Positions 27,197 through 36,300 of a stretch of 42,123 nucleotides of DNA are shown here, piece after piece (within the stretch, counting starts at the first letter, position 1; the number at the start of each line of letters is the position of its first letter). The DNA comes from an uncultured Flavobacteriales bacterium (lineage in GTDB: Bacteria > Bacteroidota > Bacteroidia > AKYH767-A > 2013-40CM-41-45). The notes under the pieces were generated by a model, which was given only the letters and a program-made list of their open reading frames with translations, was not told the DNA's origin and searched no databases. The translations under genes and the position numbers were made by a program. Location of the stretch: positions 1 through 42,123 of the forward strand of contig CAYHCU010000003.1 of NCBI GenBank assembly GCA_964355035.1, written 5' to 3'.

Positions 27197-30139
27197 ATGA
27201 ATTCAATCAAAAACATACTTATTACTTTCTTGATTTTTCTGAGTAGTAGTGTTTTTGGTCAAGCTGTTGGTGATTTTGGTTCTATTGCTTCCGGAAGCTA
27301 TAATTCCTCCATAACCTGGGGAATTTGGAATGGTGGCTCCTGGACTCCGGCACCGGGTGGCTCTACGCCAGGCGTTAATTTCCCGGATAAAACTAAAAAC
27401 GTTTTTATTACTGCCGGAACAACGGTGATAATGAATGCATCGAATTTACAATCGAATACATTGACTGTTGATGCAGGCGGAAAAATCTGGACGAATTCAG
27501 GTACTAATGCTTATCTGAATATTCACGGCGATATTGTTTGTAATGGAATAATCGGTAACGGTGTCGTGTTTGATGGTTTATCATTGGGAATTGAAAGTGC
27601 CGTTTGTAATGTTACAGGTACAGGAACACTCGATGTTTCACGGATTCGGAAAAATACAACGACTAACCTTGTTACACAGTTTAATATCAATCGCGATATT
27701 AATATCCGTTTTAATGCAAGTTCACAGACACAGATTTATAACAATACCGCAAACACACGATTTGATGTCACGGTTGCTGCAGGGGCTACCTTAAATCTTA
27801 CAGCAAGTGGAGCCTTAACCGGAAATGCAGCTATTGATGGCGATTTAGTTAGTGGTGGCGCAACGCAATCTGCCGGAAGCTTTACGATTAACGGCACCAT
27901 GGTCGTTACCGGTATAACATATCTAGTTACAAATAACTCCTCTGTAAACATTACCGGAAATATAAGCACTGCAGGCTCTACTACAGTGACCGCTACAACA
28001 ACAGCGGCAATGACCGTTGGTGCTACAGTAATTGGCACAGGAACGGGAGCCGGCGTTTTTCCCTATGGAACTGTAATTACAGCTATTGTAAATGGAACAA
28101 CTTACACCGTATCGAATGCAGCACTAACGACCGTTTCCGGTTTTTCAATTAATACAGGCGGGGCATGTTCATGGACAATTAACAGCGGAGGTTTATTAAA
28201 AACGGCACAAGTGAGCACAGCATTTTCTACTCTTACCTGTACAACGGTTTTGGCTTCTGTTGTGGTTACAACAGCATCAACCGTTGGTTTGACTATTGGA
28301 ATGGGTGTTGTGGGAACAGGAATTCCTTTAGGAGCTACAATTACTGCAATTTTAACCGGTACTACATTTCAAATAAGCGTGGGCGCTTCAGCGGCCGGAA
28401 CAAATTCATTAAATGTTGGTGGTGGTAATGCAGGGCATCTTTTGCGTGTTATGCCAGGTGGGACATTTGAAATCACAGGAACCAGTGGATTTAACTTTGA
28501 TCTTCCTACAACAAACAATACATATGATGTGCAGAACGGAAGCCTCACGGAATACTCTGCTCCCGGCCCTCAAAACGTTCCTTTAATTCCGGCGGCCACT
28601 AGTACTGCTTTTGGAAACAGTACAAATGCCTATGGCTATTTAAAGATTTCCGGTACAGGAATAAAAAACATGTTTTCTTCCGGCACGATTTATAAAATTT
28701 CTAATGATTTGAATATTGTTAATACTACAGGAACACCAACTTTGGCAACCAACAATAAAAACATTCAAATGCTTGGGGGCAACTGGTATAATTATAATCA
28801 AACAGGATTTGACGAGGGGTTTGGTATTGTATTTTTTATGGGATCAAATTTGCAAACCATTACCACTACCGGCGGCGAGAGATTTTACAGACTTACTTTT
28901 CAAAAAACATTAAACTCGACACTTCAATTTAATAGTCCCGTTAATGTAATCAACATACTTGCCTGGGCAGCGACAGCCGCTTTCAACGGCCCGATTTTTT
29001 TGAATGGTAACAGACTTACGATTGAAAATCCGGCGGCCACGGCTATTAATAATGGGGCTAGCGCCGGAAAATATATTATTTCAGAGACGATTAACAACTC
29101 CTCCATTGTGCAATGGAATATTGTAACAGTTGCTTCGGTGAGTACATATGTCATACCGTTTGGCAAGCCGGGAGTTCCGGATTACATTCCGTTTACATAT
29201 AGTATAGCGGCAGGAACAACAGTTGGAAATCTTTCTGTTGCTACCTATGGAACACCGGCGACTAATTTGCCTTTACCTGTTTCTCCTTATTTGGTGACCA
29301 ATCTTGGTAGTTTAATTGGACTAACGCCCAATAATCAAGATGCAACAGTCGATCGTTTTTGGGAAATTGATGCCACAGCAGCTACACCACCGATTGCGAC
29401 TGTAACGTTTGTGTATGCGCCATCTGAATTGCCAAGCATTGTTCCTTACAATGATCCGAATCAGATTTTATCACAATGGTATGATAAACCCACGGATTCC
29501 TGGATGCCTTCGATTCCCGGGCAGAGCAGCACAACTTTCCAAAACACGACGCCTGGTTTAAATACCTATGGAGCGTGGACACTTTCGGCCCTTGTTTCTC
29601 CATTGCCAATAAAGTTGCTTAGTTTTTCAGCTAAACCAAATGATGAAGAGGTTGATTTAAATTGGACAACAGCAACAGAAACCAACAACGACTTTTTCAC
29701 TATAGAAAGAAGCGCCAACGGCAAGGATTTTTCTCTGATTGGCATTAAGAAAGGCGCAGGCAACAGCACAACAGTTTTGGGTTATAGTGCGATTGACAAA
29801 GAGCCATTGCCGGGTATCTCTTATTATCGTTTAAAGCAAACAGATTTCGATGGCAAGTTTTCTTACAGTAACACAATTGCTGTAAAATTCTCTGGGGATC
29901 AAAGACTTATAATTCAAGCCGGACCAATTCCTGCAACAGATAAAATCATTTTAACGTGTTTTGGAGCCGACCATTTTTCACCTGAATTATATCAAATAGA
30001 CGGTCGTTTAGTGAAAATTTATCCGACAGTATCGAGCGGAATGAACGAATTAGACATTTCAGACCTCTCAAAAGGAAGCTATATTTTGCGCGTAAATTCT
30101 GACTTTAGTCAGAAAAGTTTGCGGGTAATAAAGGAATAA
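27197..30139 (+). CDS. T9SS type A cargo protein with beta-helix-like body (start reassigned to MNSIKNIL)
   Basis: Signal peptide ending VFG|Q, a PLPIKLLSF..LNWTTATETNNDFFTIERS..YYRLKQTDFDG domain and a CTD (LSKGSYILRV..RVIKE). Confidence 0.9.
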   Translation: MNSIKNILITFLIFLSSSVFGQAVGDFGSIASGSYNSSITWGIWNGGSWTPAPGGSTPGVNFPDKTKNVFITAGTTVIMNASNLQSNTLTVDAGGKIWTNSGTNAYLNIHGDIVCNGIIGNGVVFDGLSLGIESAVCNVTGTGTLDVSRIRKNTTTNLVTQFNINRDINIRFNASSQTQIYNNTANTRFDVTVAAGATLNLTASGALTGNAAIDGDLVSGGATQSAGSFTINGTMVVTGITYLVTNNSSVNITGNISTAGSTTVTATTTAAMTVGATVIGTGTGAGVFPYGTVITAIVNGTTYTVSNAALTTVSGFSINTGGACSWTINSGGLLKTAQVSTAFSTLTCTTVLASVVVTTASTVGLTIGMGVVGTGIPLGATITAILTGTTFQISVGASAAGTNSLNVGGGNAGHLLRVMPGGTFEITGTSGFNFDLPTTNNTYDVQNGSLTEYSAPGPQNVPLIPAATSTAFGNSTNAYGYLKISGTGIKNMFSSGTIYKISNDLNIVNTTGTPTLATNNKNIQMLGGNWYNYNQTGFDEGFGIVFFMGSNLQTITTTGGERFYRLTFQKTLNSTLQFNSPVNVINILAWAATAAFNGPIFLNGNRLTIENPAATAINNGASAGKYIISETINNSSIVQWNIVTVASVSTYVIPFGKPGVPDYIPFTYSIAAGTTVGNLSVATYGTPATNLPLPVSPYLVTNLGSLIGLTPNNQDATVDRFWEIDATAATPPIATVTFVYAPSELPSIVPYNDPNQILSQWYDKPTDSWMPSIPGQSSTTFQNTTPGLNTYGAWTLSALVSPLPIKLLSFSAKPNDEEVDLNWTTATETNNDFFTIERSANGKDFSLIGIKKGAGNSTTVLGYSAIDKEPLPGISYYRLKQTDFDGKFSYSNTIAVKFSGDQRLIIQAGPIPATDKIILTCFGADHFSPELYQIDGRLVKIYPTVSSGMNELDISDLSKGSYILRVNSDFSQKSLRVIKE

Positions 30140-30316
30140 CTAACTTGCGGTAAGCCTTTATTGACAGGGCTTTCAAGAAGATCAAAAGAATATTAATTCG
30201 TTAAAATAGAATTATTGTTTGATTAAAATACAAAGAAGAATTTTGTCTTTGATATTAATCGGACACTATATTTTGTTCTGAATAATTTACCTACGCTAAA
30301 CAAAAACCAACATAAC

Positions 30317-33300
30317 ATGATTAACGCTCTACTTAATTACTCTGCGAACAGAAAATCTATTATTCAGAAAGCATTGACACTTGTCTGCTTGTTTACAATC
30401 TTTATTGTTTTACCGTCACATTCTCAGGTGACAATGACAACATCGGGAAGTTATTCTCAAAATTTTGATGGACTTCCGAGTACAGGATCGCCTGTATGGA
30501 CAGACAACTCAACACTTGCTAATTGGTATGCACAACGTAGTGCTAGTACAGGCACAACGATTATTGCAAGTGATGGCAATACCACTTCAGGAGGCTTGTA
30601 TAGCTTCGGAACCATTGCTTCGACAGAACGCGCTTTAGGAACAATTGGTTCCGGAACACCGAAGAACTTTGCATACGGAATTGTGTTTCAAAACACTTCA
30701 GGTATAACAATAACAGACATCAAGGTTTCCTATAAATTGGAGCAATGGAGAGTTGCCACCACATCAACTCAAACCGATTCTTTTTTTTATAAAACAAGTT
30801 CTTCTCTAATAACATTGCTTAATCCTGGATTAAGCTTAAGTAATGGTTGGACAAATGTGGCAAGCTTGAATGGAATCAGTCCCACAACCAGTGCTACAGC
30901 GGCTCCAATTGACGGTAATAATGCATTAAATCAGGTATCGTTTACCAATGTTTCAATCCCGGCACTTTCTTTAGCTAATAACAGTTATATTTTCATCAAG
31001 TGGGACGATATTGATCACACTGGTTCTGATCATGGTCTTTCTATTGATGACGTGACCATCACGTGGACAATTACTCCAACCTCAACAGCGACTTTAGCAA
31101 ATATTACACAGCCATCAGGTTCAATTACACAAGGAGCTACAGATGCGGTTTTATCGGGCTTTACATTGTCAGCAGACGTTGCGTCTGATTTTACTACAGT
31201 AACAGTTAGTACGACAGGAACAGCAACATCAACAGATATTTCGAATGTTCGTGTTTTCAGAGATAACGATGGCAACGGTGCAATTAATGGCTCTGATGCA
31301 GCGGTATCAGCATCTGCACTTGCGTATGCAGCATCAATGAATTTTTCAATTACCGGCGAAACCGGAATAACAACAGGAAGAAATTATTTAATCGTAGCTG
31401 ACATTGCTCAATCAGGAATTTCAACCGCGGGTCGCACAACAACTGCAAGTGTTGGCAGTGGCGCATTCGTTACAACGGCAGCAGCAAACTTGGGCAGCGC
31501 AACTGGAAACAGCCGAACCTTGATAGCGCCGAATCCAACTCAATTAGCGATAACGAATATTAATCCCGCATCGCCATTTACAAATACTGCATTTAGTGTT
31601 ACAGTTCAGTCGCAAGATGCTAATGGTATTGTATCAGCGGTTACGTCAAATACATCTGTTTCAATTACACTTGCTTCCGGTACAGGAAATCTAACAGGAA
31701 CATTAACGGGTGTTATTGGTATAGGAACAAGTCAGGTTATTATTACAGGAGTTTTATATGATGTTGCTGAGACAGGAGTAAGTCTTACAGCAACACGTAC
31801 TACGGGAGATATTCTAACAGCGGGAACAAGCGGAACTTTTGCGGTAACAGTAAACGTTACATCGATGATTTTTGTAAGTGCAAGTATAACACCATTCTCT
31901 ACGGCAGTTGGAACACCATCGGGAACTCAAAGTTATTCTGTTTCGGGATCTAATTTGAACATTGGAGCAGGGATATCAATTGCTCCTCCGGCAGCTTTTG
32001 AAATATCCGGCAACGGTGGAACATCATGGACTGTGTTTCCTAATAGTTTAACCATTGCAGACATTGCTGGTGTAGTTAGTCCAACATCAATATTGATACG
32101 ATACAATCCTGCAGCATCAGGAAGTAATTCAGGAAACATTCAACATACAAGTACAGGTGCTACGCAAGTGGACCTTGCAGTAAGCGGATCGGCAATTGAA
32201 GCAGAACCTAACACACAATCAGTAATTACTTTCGGAGTAGTTTCGGGAAGTAGTATAGAAGTTAATTTCGGTGGAGGTAATGGTACAAGCAGGGTTGTAG
32301 TTGCTTCATTAAGCCCAATTACATTTTTGCCTGGCGACGGTGCTGGTATTGCAGGAACAGTAAGCGCGAATTTCACTTTAGCAACAGATCAGGGTGCGGG
32401 CAACAAGGTTGTTTATGACGGATCATTAAATACTGTTACAGTTACTAATCTTTCAGGAAGCACATTATATTATTTTGCAGTTTATGAATTTAATGGAAGT
32501 GGAGTTACAGCAAACTACTTCACTTCGTCTCCCGGACTTGGCAATAAATCAACAATTGCTTCTGAACCGGCGAGTTCAGCAACAACATCCTTTACACGCA
32601 TTAAAGAAACAGAATTATATATTTCTTTTACCGGGGGCAGTGGTCCAAACAGAATGGTGGTTGTGAATTCAGCTGCGGTTACATTTACTCCAATTGATGG
32701 ATCAACTTACACCGGTGCAAATACTGTATTTACCTCTGCAACAGATCAAGGTGGGGGCAATAAAATTGTGTACGATGGAACAGCAACTTCTGTTATTGTA
32801 ACAGGGTTGACTCGCGGAACAACTTATAATGTTCATGTTTATGAGTACAATGGAACAAGTTTGGCGACGAATTATTTAACATCGACATTTGGAAATGCTA
32901 CAGGCACAACTCCTGACTATATTAGTTATTCAACAGGAACATATACTCAAGATTTTAATGGATTAAATGTTTCCGGTTCTTTTGGAACAACCGGTTTTGG
33001 ACAAGGACCATATTATGTTTCAACTCCACCAATGAATGCAACATCAGCTACCGGTTGGCAGATATTGAATCAACTTTCCGGAGATATTAAATGGACTGTT
33101 GATGCAGGTTCCGGAACAGGAGGAAGTGCATATAGTTACGGATCTGCCGCTTCAACTGACAGAGCGCTTGGTGCATTAAGTAGCGGAACAGTGATACCGG
33201 CATTAGGAGCCGTCTTAGTTAATAACAGCGGCGGACCATTATCGGATGTTACAATAACATTTGTCGGAGAACAATGGAAATACGCTGCAAGCGTAGCAGG

Positions 33301-36300
33301 TACACTTACTTTTGAATATCAAATTGGAGGTTCGGACATTTTAACCGGAACATTCACAACTGTAAATGGATTGAACTTTACTTCTCCGGTTACAGCAGGA
33401 ATAGCAGGACCACTTGATGGAAATGCAGCGGCTAATAGAACAGCGGTAAACTATTCCTTTACATTAAGCGGAAACTGGCTACAGGGTCAAACACTAGCAA
33501 TTCGTTGGAAAGACTTTAATGATTCAGGTTCAGATGACGCTTTAGCAATTGATGATTTTACGTTTTCCGCAACCGGTCCACAAACACCACTTACACAAGA
33601 TAACAACATTTCATTCTTCACTACGCTTACAAATGCAACAGGAGTAAGTTGGACGAATGGCGACGGAGTAAGTCGTATAGTGAAAATGAATACAGTAAAC
33701 TCATTTACAGATCCGACAGATGGAAACACATACACCGGAAATACAGTTTATGGTGGAGGTGAACAAGTAGTATTTGATGGCCCGGGAAGTACGGTAAATA
33801 TCACCAACCTAACTCCGGCTACTCAATACTTCTTCCGCGTATATGGTTACAATGGAACAGGTGTTGCAACAAAATACAATGTGACAACAGCAGCATTAAA
33901 TCCTAACAATATTATAACAGCCGCTCCTTCTTTCCCAACTCAATTAGTTGTATTGGATGTGAATGGCGGACTAGACGTTGTAGTGAATCAACCATTCACC
34001 GTTACAATTCAGTCACAAGACGGCGCGGGAAGTCCGCAGAATGTAACTCAAAATACAACAGTTGACCTTACTGTTTTTGCCGGATTCGGTACTCTTGCAT
34101 CTGGTAATACAACCGGGGTTATAACCAGCGGAACAAATACAATTACAATTTCCGGAATTATTTACGATTATGCTGAACCGGGAGTTACTCTTAATGCTGC
34201 AGCAACGGCAGGCGACGTTTTAACGGATGGCCAAACAACAATATTTACAGTTTATGATATTGCATCAGATTTACAATTTGCCAACACTCCCGCAAACGGA
34301 GTAGTAGGGCTTCCTGTTAATCCGTTTTATGTTTATGCGGTTAGACCTGATGCAACAACAGATCCTTATTATGTAGGTTCTGCAACAATCACAGTTTTTG
34401 TTGGCCCGGGTATAATTTCAGGAACACTTACTGAACCATTTGTAAATGGCATAGCAACATTCTCTAACGTTGCTTTCAGCTCTGTCGGAACGTACGTTCT
34501 TGAAGCAACTTCCGGAACATTAAATTCTACATTAAGCTCTAACATTTTAATTAATCCACCAATTGCGTTTACTGAATTAGTGGTGCCGCAATATATTGGA
34601 AGCAAAACAACAGGAGGAGCAAGTGGAACAAATACTGACCGTACACCAATTGCAGCTTGTTTCCAAATAGACAATTTAACTCCAAATACAACTTACAATG
34701 TTGCGGCAGGAATCGGATTGGTGTCTGAAGTAAACACAACCTTAGGTGCAGGTTCCCTTTGGAATGGAACAGCATACTCAGGACAAATTAGAAGTGCAGC
34801 ATTCACGACAGATGCGAATGGCGCATCTGGTCCTGTATGGATTTATATTCAACCATCAGCTAACCAGACTCGTTTCGGTGGTGGCGAAATACATAATATC
34901 CGCATTGCTTATTCTACAGGCTCGTTTGGATCTAATATTGTTCCAAACTTCATCACAACAAAAACGATAACAGCACTTGATATTGCTAACGGCACACCAA
35001 TTACTGCGGCAACTACTGACGACGGAGCTTTCTTAACCGGAGCATTGAGTGCATGTATCGGTGGAAAATATATTTTAATTTATGATAATACGAGTGGAAC
35101 CGGTGATCCAATGTTTGTTTACCAGGCAAATCCATCTACTCCAAATCAACCAACACAAGTAACACTACCGGTATCTGTCGATCAGATTTTTATGGGAACA
35201 GCAGCAGCAGGAACATTTGCAGCCGTGTATCCAATTGGAGCAAACAATGCAAACGGAGTAAGAAGAGTAGAAGCTCGTAATGCAGATAATACAATTGCAG
35301 CTTTTGCTACATCTGCAACAGGAATCTGGCCGGGAGGAACAAATACTACAACAGCAACAAGAAGAGCGGTTGTTGCTCTATCGGCAACTGACGTAAATCT
35401 TTCTTCTGTTACGGTATCTGCAAGTGCAACTGATGTACTTTGCTTTGGAATGGCTACAGGAACAGCAGCTGCCACCGCTTCATCTGCAAATTCACCAATA
35501 ACATATTCATGGTCACCGGGTCTTGAAACAACAACTTCGATTTCAGGACTTGTTGCCGGAACATATGTTGTAACTGCTACCGATGCGATTGGATGTACTG
35601 CAAGTGCAAGTGCTACAGTAAACCAACCGACAGATCTTGTAATAGTTGGTCAGGTTACGAATACGGGTTGTGCAGGCGGAAACACAGGTGCAGTTGACAT
35701 TACAGTTGCAGGTGGAGTTCCATCTTATACATTCTTATGGAGTGGAAGTGAAACAACCGAAGACTTAACCGGACTTGCTGCAGGAACATACTCTGTACTT
35801 GTAACGGATGCTAATGGTTGTACAAAATCTGCAACGTTTACGGTTATCACACAAAATTCAAATCCAACAATCAATGCAACAGCAACACCGGCAACAATAT
35901 GTGCAGGCGAGTCTTCAACATTAGAAGCAACAGGTGCTTTAACTTATGCATGGTCACCAACAGGAGACATTGTTCCAACTACAGGGGCTATTGTTATAGC
36001 TACTCCAACAGCAACTACAACTTATTCAGTTGTTGCAGTAGACAACAATGGTTGTCAAAGTATAGGAACCGTTACATTAACAGTAAATCCGTTACCGGTA
36101 GTTTTAGTATCACCGACAACGTCATCAATATGTGATGGGTCTACAGTAACACTTACGGCTTCAGGCGCATCAACTTATGCCTGGTCACCTACATCAGGTT
36201 TAACACCAACAACAGGTGCAGTTGTAGCAGCGACGCCTTCTGCAACTACTATTTATACCGTTACAGGAACATCTGTTGACGGATGTGTTGCAAGTGCAAG

